From Mollicutes bacterium (lineage in GTDB: Bacteria > Bacillota_I > Bacilli_A > RF39 > UBA660), in the NCBI GenBank assembly GCA_012520435.1, contig JAAYOI010000007.1, positions 964 through 64,963 of the forward strand: a stretch of DNA of 64,000 bases, given 5' to 3'. Of this stretch, positions 9,954 through 19,821 are shown one piece after another. Below the pieces are notes generated by a model that did not search any database, was not told the DNA's origin, and saw only the letters and a list, made by a program, of their open reading frames with translations. Both the position numbers and the translations under genes were made by a program. Position 1 is the stretch's first letter. Every line of letters begins with the position of its first letter.

Positions 9954-11378
9954 ATGAAAAAAGTTAGAACAAGATTTGCACCATCTCCTACTGGTTATAT
10001 GCATGTTGGTAATTTAAGAAGTGCTTTATTTGCATATTTAATCGCAAGACATTATGGTGGTGAATTTATTTTAAGAATTGAAGATACTGATCGTAGTAGG
10101 TATGTTGAAGGTGCAGTTGAATTTATCTATGATATATTTAATAAATTTGGATTAAAAATAGATGAAGGACCAAATAATGAAGGTAAATGTGGTCCATATA
10201 TTCAAAGTGAACGATTACCTTTATATAAAAAATATGCCGAAGAACTTGTTAAAATGGGTAAAGCTTATTATTGTTTTTGTAGTGAAGAAAGGCTTGAAAA
10301 ATTACGTAAGGAAGCTGAAGAAAATAAAGTACCTTTCTTATATGATAAACATTGTTTGAAATTAAGTAAGGAAGAAGTAGAAGCTAAAATAAAAGCAGGT
10401 ATTCCTTATGTTATTAGACAAAATATTCCTGATGAAGGAATAACCGAATATGATGATTTAGTATATGGTCATATTGCGATTGAAAATCGTTTATTAGAAG
10501 ATCAAATTTTAATTAAATCAGATAATTATCCAACTTATAATTATGCGAATGTCATAGATGATCATTTAATGGGAATTACTCATGTAACAAGAGGTAATGA
10601 ATATTTATCATCAACTCCTAAATATTTACTTTTATATGAGGCTTTTGGTTGGGAAAGTCCCGTCTATATTCATATGCCTCATGTTATTAAAACCGATGGT
10701 ACAAAAATAAGTAAAAGAAATAAAGATGATAATTTAATTGATTTATTAAATGATGGTTATTTACCAGAAGCCATCATCAACTATTTAGCGTTCCTAGGTT
10801 GGAGTCCTGAAGATAATGAAGAAATATTATCTTTAGATGAATTAATTAAAAAATTTGATATAAAAAGAATTAGTAAATCATCAGGTGCTTATGATGTAAT
10901 GAAACTAAGATGGGTAAATAGTCATTATATAAAGAAATTAGATGATGATAAATTAATAGAATTAGTAAGACCACATTTAGAAAATACTTATGATTTATCC
11001 AATAAAAGTGATGAATGGATAAAAGATTTAATCCTTTTATATCGTGATCATTTATCATATGGTAAAGAAATTATAGAAGTATCTTCTTTATTCTTTAAAG
11101 AAGAAATTAGTTTAGATCAAGAATGCAGGGAATTTATGCAACAAGAAGGTATTGATGAAACTTTAAAAATATTTAAAGATGAAATAAGTAAAATAGAAGA
11201 ATGGAATCTTGAAAATATTAATATAGCTATTAATAATACTAAAGAAAAAAGTGGGGCTAAAGGAAAAATGTTATATATGCCAATTAGAATTAAAGTAACT
11301 GGTCAAATGCATGGACCAGAATTACCTAATACTTTATATTTATTAGGTAAAGATATAGTATTAAAAAGACTTAATTAA
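9954..11378 (+). CDS. gltX: glutamate--tRNA ligase
   Basis: HIGH-type motif PSPTGYMHVGNLRSALFAYL and KMSKS-type KISKRN. Typical GluRS length (474 aa). Confidence 0.9.
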   Translation: MKKVRTRFAPSPTGYMHVGNLRSALFAYLIARHYGGEFILRIEDTDRSRYVEGAVEFIYDIFNKFGLKIDEGPNNEGKCGPYIQSERLPLYKKYAEELVKMGKAYYCFCSEERLEKLRKEAEENKVPFLYDKHCLKLSKEEVEAKIKAGIPYVIRQNIPDEGITEYDDLVYGHIAIENRLLEDQILIKSDNYPTYNYANVIDDHLMGITHVTRGNEYLSSTPKYLLLYEAFGWESPVYIHMPHVIKTDGTKISKRNKDDNLIDLLNDGYLPEAIINYLAFLGWSPEDNEEILSLDELIKKFDIKRISKSSGAYDVMKLRWVNSHYIKKLDDDKLIELVRPHLENTYDLSNKSDEWIKDLILLYRDHLSYGKEIIEVSSLFFKEEISLDQECREFMQQEGIDETLKIFKDEISKIEEWNLENINIAINNTKEKSGAKGKMLYMPIRIKVTGQMHGPELPNTLYLLGKDIVLKRLN

Positions 11379-11379
11379 G

Positions 11380-11406
11380 GATATAGAATTTTTATATCTT
11401 TTTTTC
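11380..11406 (+). terminator. intrinsic terminator after gltX
   Basis: gatata-gaatttt-tatatc hairpin followed by a T-run. Confidence 0.45.
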
Positions 11407-11446
11407 TAATATAATTAAATATATGTTATAATAAATAAGGTAAGAA

Positions 11447-11993
11447 GGTATAATATGGAAAAAGTAGATGTATATAATAAGAGGCATGAAAAGTTAAATT
11501 ATATTAAAGAGAAAAAAGAATTAGAGGTAGGAGAGTATCGTTTATCTTGTTTTGCATGGATTATCAATGATAAGATGAACTATTGATTTAACAAAGATTA
11601 GCAACCTCAAAAAAATTTCCTAATATGTGGGAAACAATATCAGGTGGTGCATTAGAAGGGGAATCTAGTTTAGATGGGATTATAAGAGAACTAGATGAAG
11701 AATTAGGAATAAAAGCTAATATTGAAGATTTAACTTTTATTGGTTTATATATAAGATATAATGATTTTGTAGAAATATGGGTTTTAAAAAGTAATATTGA
11801 CATTAATAATTTAAAATTACAAGATAGTGAAGTACAAGCAGTAAAATGGGTAACTATTTCTGAATATGAAGAAATGGTAAATAATAATACTGCTATTCCG
11901 ACAAGTTTTAATATATTTAAAACATATTATGAAGAATATTATGGTAAAAAAGTATCAGTTGTTGATGGAAAATTAGTAATTGAAAAAATATAA
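11447..11993 (+). pseudogene. Nudix hydrolase gene disrupted by frameshift(s)
   Basis: The N-terminal 46 codons (MEKVDVYNKRHEKLNYIKEKKELEVGEYRLSCFAWIINDKMNY) end at a TGA stop (11585-11587); Trp readthrough would only reach a TAG 12 nt later. The Nudix box (GGALEGESSLDGIIRELDEELGI) continues in a different frame (track ORF 11625-11993). The upstream in-frame sequence QRLATSKKFPNMWETISGG follows directly after a TAA. Confidence 0.6.
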
Positions 11994-14529
11994 GAGGTGT
12001 CTTATGAATAAAAAAGATTATCTTAATTTAGGAATATTATCATTAATTAGTTTAATAATGCTTTTTTTATTTTGGAATACGGGTAATTTATATGGTTCTA
12101 AAACTGATTGGCTTAGTCAACATTGGACTTTTGCTGAATATTTTCGTAATCTTTTTTATCATACAAATAATTTTTTTCCTAATTTTGCTTTCAATATTGG
12201 AGCAGGTCAAAATATCTATCATTTTGCTTATTACGGTTTATTAAATCCTATTATTTTAATTTCTTATTTATTTCCTTTTATTAAAATGATTAATTATATA
12301 ATGTTTGTTAGTTTATTATCTATTTTTATTAGTACTTTTTTATTTTATAAATGGTTGCGTAATAATCATTTTAGTACTAAAACAACAATGTTTTCATCTA
12401 GTTTATTTTTATTAGCTAGTCCTTTAATCTTTCATAGTCATCGCCAAATTATGTTTATCAATTATCTACCTTTTCTTATTTTAGGTCTTATAGGTATTGA
12501 TAAATATTTTAAAAATCAAAAAAGATGGTTATATACCTTAAGTGTCTTTTTAATGATTATGACAAGTTATTATTATAGTGTTGGTGGTTTATTAGTTTTT
12601 GTTATTTATGGTATATATTGTTATTTAAAATTAAATAAAAAGATTACGATAAAATCTTTTTTGATAGATGGTTTAAAATTTTTAATACCAATATTTATTG
12701 GTATCTTATTATCAGGTATTTTATTATTACCAATTATGGGTGTTATTTTAAGTAGTAGGGTTGATATTGAAACAAGTATTACTTTAAAAGAATTATTTAT
12801 ACCTCAATTAGATTTAAATATTTTATTATATGATGCTTATTCATTAGGACTTACTTCCATAGCTTTTATTGCTTTAATAAATAATTTTTTTAATAAAAGA
12901 AAAGAAGACAAATTTTTAAATATAATTATTTCCATTATTTTCTTTATTCCTATTTTTATGTATTTATTAAATGGTACTTTATATATTAGAGCTAAAGTAT
13001 TAATTCCTTTTTTACCACTTATGGGTTTATTGATTAGTATTTTTTTAGAAAAATTATTGAATCAACAAATTAAAATAAAATTATTATTTTTAATTTTAAT
13101 AATAGTAAATATAATTATTTATTTTACTGGTTATCATAATAACTTCTATTATTTTGATTTATTAATATCAATGATTGTTTTATTAATTTATAATAGAAAA
13201 AAGAAATGTTCTTTATTATGTATTCCTTTATTATTAATTGCTTTTTATAGTTGTTTAAATTCTAATTTAGAAGATGAATTAGTAACTAAAAAAGAATATT
13301 ATAATATCTTTGATAAAAGAAAAGAAGAATTAATTTTAGATACTATTAAAGAAGATAATTCTTTTTATCGTTTTAATAATTTATTAGATACCTTACCAAC
13401 TATTAATAAGGTATATAGTCCTAATTATTATCAAACATCATTATATTCATCAATATATAATAACGATTATTATAACTTTTTTGTCAATACTTATAGTAAT
13501 GCTTTACCATATCGTAATTTACTTATAATACCGCAAACTAATAATATTTTATTTCAAACTTTAATGGGAGTAAAATATCTTTTAACTAAGGATAATATTC
13601 CCATTGGTTATAATTTAATTAAAGGAAATAAAGAAATAGGTATTTATCAAAATGATAATGTTTTTCCTTTAGTATATATAATTGATAATATAATAAGTTA
13701 TGATGAATTTTATGAATTAAAATATCCATATAAATTAGATGTTCTTTTAAATAATGTGATTATTGATGGTCAAAGTAAGAATCCCATTTTAAGTTCTATT
13801 AGACCTATTGAATTAAATTATGATATAGTAGTAGGTAATAATTTAGAAATAAATAAAGAAGATAATAAATATATTATTAAGGCTAAAGAAAAAGATATTA
13901 TTAATTTAAAATTAAAAGAAAAAATAAATAATAAAATTTTATTTATTAAATTTGATGTTTTAAAATCACCTAGTTGTAATAAAGGTGATATAAGTATTGA
14001 TATTAATGGTATAACTAATAAACTTACTTGTAAAAGTTGGATATATCATAATCAAAATTATACTTTTGAATATACTATATCATCATCAAAAGATATTGAA
14101 GAATTAAAAATTAAATTTAGTAAAGGTACTTTTGAAATAACTAATATTGAAACTTTTATTATGGATTATAATGATGTAATAAAAGCAACAAAAAAAATTG
14201 ATAAAATGATTGTTGATATAGATAAAACAAAAGGTGATATTATCAAAGGAAGTATTAGTACAGATAAAGATGGTTATTTGGTTTTAACAATTCCTTATGA
14301 TAAAGGATTTAAAATAAAACTAAATGGGGAAAAACAAGAGTATGAACGAGTTAATAATGGTTTTATTGGTATACCGATTACTAAAGGTCATTATGAAATT
14401 GAAATCAAATATCAAGCGCCTTTATTTAAAGAAGGAGTAATTAGTAGTGTAATAGGTTTAATGGGATTCATCTTAATATGTTTATTAGATTTTAGAAAAA
14501 GCAAGATTAAAATAGAAAAAATAAAATAA
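11980..14529 (+). CDS. YfhO-family large polytopic membrane protein (putative glycosyltransferase)
   Basis: 849 aa, multi-TM with a C-terminal extracytoplasmic domain. The N-terminal pattern DWLSQHW...FRNLF...FPNFAFNIGAGQNIYHFAYYGLLNP fits the YfhO family. Confidence 0.6.
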   Translation: MKKYKRCLMNKKDYLNLGILSLISLIMLFLFWNTGNLYGSKTDWLSQHWTFAEYFRNLFYHTNNFFPNFAFNIGAGQNIYHFAYYGLLNPIILISYLFPFIKMINYIMFVSLLSIFISTFLFYKWLRNNHFSTKTTMFSSSLFLLASPLIFHSHRQIMFINYLPFLILGLIGIDKYFKNQKRWLYTLSVFLMIMTSYYYSVGGLLVFVIYGIYCYLKLNKKITIKSFLIDGLKFLIPIFIGILLSGILLLPIMGVILSSRVDIETSITLKELFIPQLDLNILLYDAYSLGLTSIAFIALINNFFNKRKEDKFLNIIISIIFFIPIFMYLLNGTLYIRAKVLIPFLPLMGLLISIFLEKLLNQQIKIKLLFLILIIVNIIIYFTGYHNNFYYFDLLISMIVLLIYNRKKKCSLLCIPLLLIAFYSCLNSNLEDELVTKKEYYNIFDKRKEELILDTIKEDNSFYRFNNLLDTLPTINKVYSPNYYQTSLYSSIYNNDYYNFFVNTYSNALPYRNLLIIPQTNNILFQTLMGVKYLLTKDNIPIGYNLIKGNKEIGIYQNDNVFPLVYIIDNIISYDEFYELKYPYKLDVLLNNVIIDGQSKNPILSSIRPIELNYDIVVGNNLEINKEDNKYIIKAKEKDIINLKLKEKINNKILFIKFDVLKSPSCNKGDISIDINGITNKLTCKSWIYHNQNYTFEYTISSSKDIEELKIKFSKGTFEITNIETFIMDYNDVIKATKKIDKMIVDIDKTKGDIIKGSISTDKDGYLVLTIPYDKGFKIKLNGEKQEYERVNNGFIGIPITKGHYEIEIKYQAPLFKEGVISSVIGLMGFILICLLDFRKSKIKIEKIK

Positions 14530-14534
14530 AAAGG

Positions 14535-14562
14535 TTGAATTACTTATATTTTGTGATATAAT
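14535..14562 (+). promoter_or_regulatory. sigma-A-type promoter of the pheST leader
   Basis: TTGAAT, 16-nt spacer, TATAAT with an upstream TG (extended -10). Confidence 0.5.
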
Positions 14563-14568
14563 TAATTG

Positions 14569-14810
14569 TAACAAAATTTGAATAATTAAGAAGCGATGAT
14601 AAGGAAGTAGTATTAAAAGTTCTTATTTATAGAGAGTTAGTGGTTGGTGGAAACTAACAATAATCTTTTATGAATTCGTCCTTGGAGCTTTATATTCAAA
14701 AAATATAACGATGACGCGTTATAGTCTAAGAGGGTATAGAAATAAATTTATTTCTATGAAATAAGGTGGTACCGCGTAAATCACGTCCTTAATGGATGTG
14801 ATTTTTTTAA
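14569..14810 (+). promoter_or_regulatory. T-box riboswitch leader (Phe-specific, pheST)
   Basis: Conserved T-box sequence AAGGTGGTACCGCG at 14764-14777. Terminator atcacgtcc/ggatgtgat plus a T-run at 14779-14808. Stem I elements AGAGAG...GGTGGAAA are present. Candidate UUC specifier in GAATTCG. Confidence 0.8.
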
Positions 14811-14825
14811 TAGAAGGAGGTTAGT

Positions 14826-15872
14826 ATGAAAGAAAAAATAATAAATTTAAAAAAAGAATTTTTAAAAGATTTAGATGGTGTAAATAATTTAGGTGAACTT
14901 AATGAAGTACGTGTTAAATATTTAGGTAAAAAAGGTTATATTCAAGAATTAAGTAGTATTATGGGAAGTTTATCAATTGAAGAAAAGAAAGAATATGGAA
15001 TGTTTTTGAATGATTTTAAAAATGAAGTTAATGAATTATTAGAAAAGAAAAGACAAGAATTAGAAGAGTTAGAATTAAACAAAAAATTAGAAACAGAAAA
15101 AATTGATATAACTTTACCAGCTACGGATATTCCAGTAGGTACTTTCCATCCTCTTACTAGAGTAATTGAAGAAATTGAAGAATTATTTGTATCAATGGGT
15201 TATGATGTAGTTGAAGGACCGGAAATAGAATTGGATTTATATAACTTTGAAAAACTTAATTTACCAAAAGGACATCCAGCTAGAGATGCCCAAGATAGTT
15301 TTTATATAACGGAAGAAGTTTTACTTAGAACTCATACTTCACCTGTTCAAGCACGTATAATGGAAGCTAATAAAGATAAAGGACCAATTAGAATTATTTG
15401 TCCAGGAAAAGTTTATCGTCGCGATGAGGATGCTACTCATTCTCATCAATTTACGCAAATTGAAGGATTAGTAATTGATGAAGGAATTAGTATGGCGCAT
15501 TTAAAAGGAACATTAGAAATATTTGCAAAAAAAATGTTTGGGGAAGATCGAACTATTCGTTTTCGTCCAAGCTTTTTCCCATTTACCGAACCTAGTATTG
15601 AAGCCGATGTTTCTTGCTTTAAATGTGATGGTAAAGGTTGTCCATTATGTAAATATACTGGTTGGATAGAAATTTTAGGTGCTGGAATGGTTCATCCAAA
15701 TGTCCTTCGTATGAGTGGTTATGATCCTGAAAAATATACTGGATTTGCTTTTGGTATGGGACCTGAAAGAATTGCAATGTTAAAGTATGGAATTAATGAT
15801 ATTCGTCATTTCTATACTAACGATATGCGTTTCCTAAAAGATTTTAATAGAATAGAAGGAAGTGATGAATAA
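14826..15872 (+). CDS. pheS: phenylalanine--tRNA ligase alpha subunit
   Basis: Class II motifs ([36 protein letters not shown]). RBS GGAGG upstream. Confidence 0.92.
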   Translation: MKEKIINLKKEFLKDLDGVNNLGELNEVRVKYLGKKGYIQELSSIMGSLSIEEKKEYGMFLNDFKNEVNELLEKKRQELEELELNKKLETEKIDITLPATDIPVGTFHPLTRVIEEIEELFVSMGYDVVEGPEIELDLYNFEKLNLPKGHPARDAQDSFYITEEVLLRTHTSPVQARIMEANKDKGPIRIICPGKVYRRDEDATHSHQFTQIEGLVIDEGISMAHLKGTLEIFAKKMFGEDRTIRFRPSFFPFTEPSIEADVSCFKCDGKGCPLCKYTGWIEILGAGMVHPNVLRMSGYDPEKYTGFAFGMGPERIAMLKYGINDIRHFYTNDMRFLKDFNRIEGSDE

Positions 15873-18262
15873 TGCGTGTTAGTAAGAGTTTTTTAAGTGA
15901 TTATATCGATATTAATGATATTGATTTTCAAGAAATAGCTGATAAAATGGTATTTGCTGGTAATGAATATGAAAGCATTGAAAAGATTAGTAGTGCAACT
16001 AATTTAGTTGTTGGCTATATTCTTGATTGTCAAAAACATCCTGAATCAACTAAGTTAAGTATTTGTAAAGTTGACATTGGTGATGGCGAACATAAACAAA
16101 TTTTATGTGGAGCACCTAATGTTAGAACTGGTCAAAAAGTAATTGTTGCCAAAGTAGGGGCAACTTTACCGGGTGGGATTACCATTGGTAAAGCTAAACT
16201 AGCAGGACTAAAATCTGAAGGCATGATCTGTTCTTTAGCAGAACTTGGTATTGAATCAAAATATTTATCCGAAGAAGATAAAAATGGCATTCATGTTTTT
16301 CCTGATGATGCACCTATTGGTGAAGATGCGATTAAGTATTTAAGATATGATGATGAAGTAATCGATTTTGATTTGACCGCTAATCGTGGTGATTTACTTA
16401 GTATTTTAGGAATGGCTTATGAAATAGGAACTTTATATAATAAAAAAGTAAAAGAGCCAAATGTTGATGTTGAAGAAATAGATGAAGATATTCATGATAC
16501 TCGTCGATTAAAAGTCTTAACTGATAAATGTTCGATTTATTTAGGTAAATTAGTTAAAAATATTGTTATTAAAGAAAGCCCTCGTTTTATTCAAACAAGA
16601 TTGATGGCTAGTGGTATTAGACCAATTAATAATGTTGTTGATATTAGTAACTATGTTATGTTAGAATTTGGTCAACCATTACATTTCTTTGATGCTGATA
16701 AATTAGTTAAAAATGTTTATGTTAGAATGGCTGAAGAAAATGAAAAAATAACAACCTTAGATGGTATTGAAAGAACTTTAAGTAGTAATGATATTGTGAT
16801 TGCTGATGATAATGGACCAGTTGCTTTGGCGGGTGTTATGGGAGGACTATCAACCGAAGTAACTGAAGAAACCAAAAATATCTTTATTGAAGCTGCTATT
16901 TTCCATCCGTATAATATTCGTCATACTTCTAAACGTATTTTACGTAGTGAATCTAGTATGCGTTATGAAAAGGGAATTGATTCAGCTCGTACTTTACTAG
17001 CAATCAAAAGAGCATGTTATCTTTTAAATAAATATGCAAGTGGGGAAGTTGTAAGTGGTATTTTAACTCATGATGTAACTGATAAAAGTGATAAAAAGAT
17101 AACTATTACTATTGATAAAATAAATAATGTATTGGGAATGCAATTAGATAAAGATACTATTGCTGATGTTTTTGATAGATTACAATTTAAATATACAATT
17201 GATAAAAATACTTTTACGGTTTTAGTTCCAACTAGAAGATTAGATGTTAATATTAAAGAAGATTTAATTGAAGAAGTAGGTAGAATTGTTGGTTATGATA
17301 ATGTTAAAGGTATTTTACCAATTACTTCAATTAAAAGAGGTAGTTATTTACCAAAAACCGAATTTATTAAAAATGTTCGTAAAAGATTAACATCACTAGG
17401 ATTAAACGAAGTTATTACATATTCTTTAATTAGTGAACAAGATAGTGATAAATTTATTAAAGAAACTTATGAAAAAGTAATTTTAAATAATCCAATGAGT
17501 GAAGACCGAAAAATTATGCGTAATAGTTTAATTCCTTCTTTAATAGAGGTATATCATTATAATAGTTCACGTAATATTAAAGATGTTAATATTTTTGAAA
17601 TAGGATCTTGTTATTCTAAAGTTAATGAAGACTATGTTGAAGAAGCTAAAGTTAGTGGGCTATTATATGGCAATTATTTTATTAATGATTGGCAACATAA
17701 TATCATTAAAGTCGATTTTTATGTTTTAAAAGGTATTATTGAAAACTTACTAAAATATTTAGGATTAGCTAATCGTTATAATTTTAGTAATCAAGATTTA
17801 ATAAAAGATTTACATCCTGGTCGTAGTGCCAATATTATTGTTGATAATGAAATAATTGGTTATTTAGGTCAAATTCATCCAAACATTAACAAAAAAGAAA
17901 TATATGTATTTGAATTAAGTCTTGATAAATTAATGAATAAAAGAGTTCGTAATATTAAATTTAAAGAAATACCTAAATATCCAAGTATCAATAAAGATGT
18001 TGCTTTCATTGTTAATAAAAATATATCATCTATTGATATAGAAAAAGTCATTAAAAAAGTAAGTGGAAGATTACTTACAGAAGTTAATGTATTTGATGTT
18101 TATGAAGGAGAAAACATTGGTAAAGATAAAAAATCAATTGCTTATTCCTTAACTTTCCAAGATCCAAATAAAACTTTAACTGATGAAGAAGTAACAGTTA
18201 TCTTTAATAAGATAATTGAAGAAGTTAAAAAACAAATTGGTGGCGAAGTTAGAGATAAATAA
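15872..18262 (+). CDS. pheT: phenylalanine--tRNA ligase beta subunit
   Basis: 796 aa. tRNA-binding domain, B3/B4 and B5 domains, C-terminal FDX-ACB. Overlaps the pheS stop (ATGA). Confidence 0.92.
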   Translation: MRVSKSFLSDYIDINDIDFQEIADKMVFAGNEYESIEKISSATNLVVGYILDCQKHPESTKLSICKVDIGDGEHKQILCGAPNVRTGQKVIVAKVGATLPGGITIGKAKLAGLKSEGMICSLAELGIESKYLSEEDKNGIHVFPDDAPIGEDAIKYLRYDDEVIDFDLTANRGDLLSILGMAYEIGTLYNKKVKEPNVDVEEIDEDIHDTRRLKVLTDKCSIYLGKLVKNIVIKESPRFIQTRLMASGIRPINNVVDISNYVMLEFGQPLHFFDADKLVKNVYVRMAEENEKITTLDGIERTLSSNDIVIADDNGPVALAGVMGGLSTEVTEETKNIFIEAAIFHPYNIRHTSKRILRSESSMRYEKGIDSARTLLAIKRACYLLNKYASGEVVSGILTHDVTDKSDKKITITIDKINNVLGMQLDKDTIADVFDRLQFKYTIDKNTFTVLVPTRRLDVNIKEDLIEEVGRIVGYDNVKGILPITSIKRGSYLPKTEFIKNVRKRLTSLGLNEVITYSLISEQDSDKFIKETYEKVILNNPMSEDRKIMRNSLIPSLIEVYHYNSSRNIKDVNIFEIGSCYSKVNEDYVEEAKVSGLLYGNYFINDWQHNIIKVDFYVLKGIIENLLKYLGLANRYNFSNQDLIKDLHPGRSANIIVDNEIIGYLGQIHPNINKKEIYVFELSLDKLMNKRVRNIKFKEIPKYPSINKDVAFIVNKNISSIDIEKVIKKVSGRLLTEVNVFDVYEGENIGKDKKSIAYSLTFQDPNKTLTDEEVTVIFNKIIEEVKKQIGGEVRDK

Positions 18263-18292
18263 AAAGGATTAATTAGTTTTAATCCTTTTTTA
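18262..18292. terminator. bidirectional intrinsic terminator shared by pheT (+) and the GGDEF gene (-)
   Basis: aaggattaa-ttagt-tttaatcctt hairpin flanked by A/T runs on both sides. Confidence 0.55.
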
Positions 18293-19060
18293 CTATAATT
18301 TTTTTGATTCATTTTTCATATTATTATAAATAACAATTTGATTACGACCACTTTTTTTACCATGATATAAAGCGTCATCTGCTTCCTTAATAACTTGATC
18401 AATATCTTTTGTACCATCATATATTTGAATACCAAAAGTCATCGTTGTTTCAAAGTTAATATTGAAGTCAGTTTGTTCAATGGTTTGCTTAATTTTTTCA
18501 ATACGTGGAACAATTTGTTCAAGATTATCAGTTTTCAAAATAATCAGAAATTCTTCGCCACCATAACGTCCAACAAAATCGTTTTTACGAATATTTTGGC
18601 GAAAGATTTCACCAATTTTACTTAAAACTGTATCACCAACTGAATGTCCAAATTTATCATTAATTTGTTTAAAATGGTCAATATCACCCATGATAACGGT
18701 AAAAGGTTGTCCTATTTTATTAAAAATTTCAACCGCTTCTTTAATGGCAGCATCAACACCTTTACGATTATACAATCCTGTTAAATCATCAGATATTCCT
18801 TGTAAATATAAATTTTGTTCTCTTAATTTATAAATAGTGATATTCGTAATAGCATGAATAACTTCTTCACCTATATTTTTGGTAGCAATATGATACCATC
18901 TTTTTAATTCATCAATGTATATTTCACCATTATAATTATTTTTAATTAAATCTATAAAATGTTTATCAATATTTTGGTTGTTATAGGTGATATTATTGTT
19001 TTTATCGGTCACAATAACAATCGTATCTAAAGCTTTTAAAATTTTATCAGTATCTGCCAT
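18293..19060 (-). CDS. diguanylate cyclase (GGDEF domain) with small N-terminal sensor domain
   Basis: RYGGEEF active-site motif and DxLTGLYNRKG. 255 aa. Confidence 0.8.
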   Translation of the reverse strand: MADTDKILKALDTIVIVTDKNNNITYNNQNIDKHFIDLIKNNYNGEIYIDELKRWYHIATKNIGEEVIHAITNITIYKLREQNLYLQGISDDLTGLYNRKGVDAAIKEAVEIFNKIGQPFTVIMGDIDHFKQINDKFGHSVGDTVLSKIGEIFRQNIRKNDFVGRYGGEEFLIILKTDNLEQIVPRIEKIKQTIEQTDFNINFETTMTFGIQIYDGTKDIDQVIKEADDALYHGKKSGRNQIVIYNNMKNESKKL

Positions 19061-19082
19061 ATTTATCCCACCTTTTAAAATA

Positions 19083-19820
19083 TTAATTTATGGTAATTAT
19101 ATCACGATAAAACTTATTTATAAAATGTTGATAAGCTTCATATTCTAATTTTAAATCAAAAGATTTAAATTTAAAATTAGGATTTTTACTTTTAATTAAA
19201 GTTCTAACAAAGTATTTTAATAATTCGGGATTTCTTCCTATAATTGGGCCAATTAAATAAGTTCCATAAAAATTACGATAATGAATACCTTCTTTAGTAC
19301 TATTAGGATAACTACCAATTCCTTTTATGACTGTAAATAAAGGATATTTTAAATTATCTTTAATAACACTATTTTGATTTTGAAAACCAATTACTTCTTG
19401 ATCAATTAAATCAGTTTTAAAAATAGCTTCATCAATCATTCTAAATTCTTCTTCTTTAACGGTAAATTTAAATATATCTAAAGCTTTATGTTTCTTTTTA
19501 TTCTTATCATATATATACTTTCCAAATAATTCAATTGCATTCCCTGTAACTAAAAAGAATTTATCATTTTCAATTGCTTCTTTAATTTGTTCTTTATATT
19601 TCAATAAATGTTTTAAAGCTATCTTTTGATTATGCTCAGTACCAGCACCTATATAAACTAAATCATATTGATCAAAATCAAGTTCATCATCAATCGTAAG
19701 AAATTTTATTGAAACATTTATACCTTGATGTTCTAATTGTTTTTTAAGAATTTTTATATTTCCATTTTCCCCATATAAATTTAATAAATCATAATATAAA
19801 TAAGCAATTGTAAATTTCAT
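19083..19820 (-). CDS. gatD: lipid II isoglutaminyl synthase glutaminase subunit GatD (CobQ-type GATase)
   Basis: YDLLNLYGENGNI...YIGAGTEHNQ matches GatD (DKLNLYSDIGNI...FIGGGSDREQ). Immediately downstream of murT on the same strand. Confidence 0.75.
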   Translation of the reverse strand: MKFTIAYLYYDLLNLYGENGNIKILKKQLEHQGINVSIKFLTIDDELDFDQYDLVYIGAGTEHNQKIALKHLLKYKEQIKEAIENDKFFLVTGNAIELFGKYIYDKNKKKHKALDIFKFTVKEEEFRMIDEAIFKTDLIDQEVIGFQNQNSVIKDNLKYPLFTVIKGIGSYPNSTKEGIHYRNFYGTYLIGPIIGRNPELLKYFVRTLIKSKNPNFKFKSFDLKLEYEAYQHFINKFYRDIITIN

Positions 19821-19821
19821 A

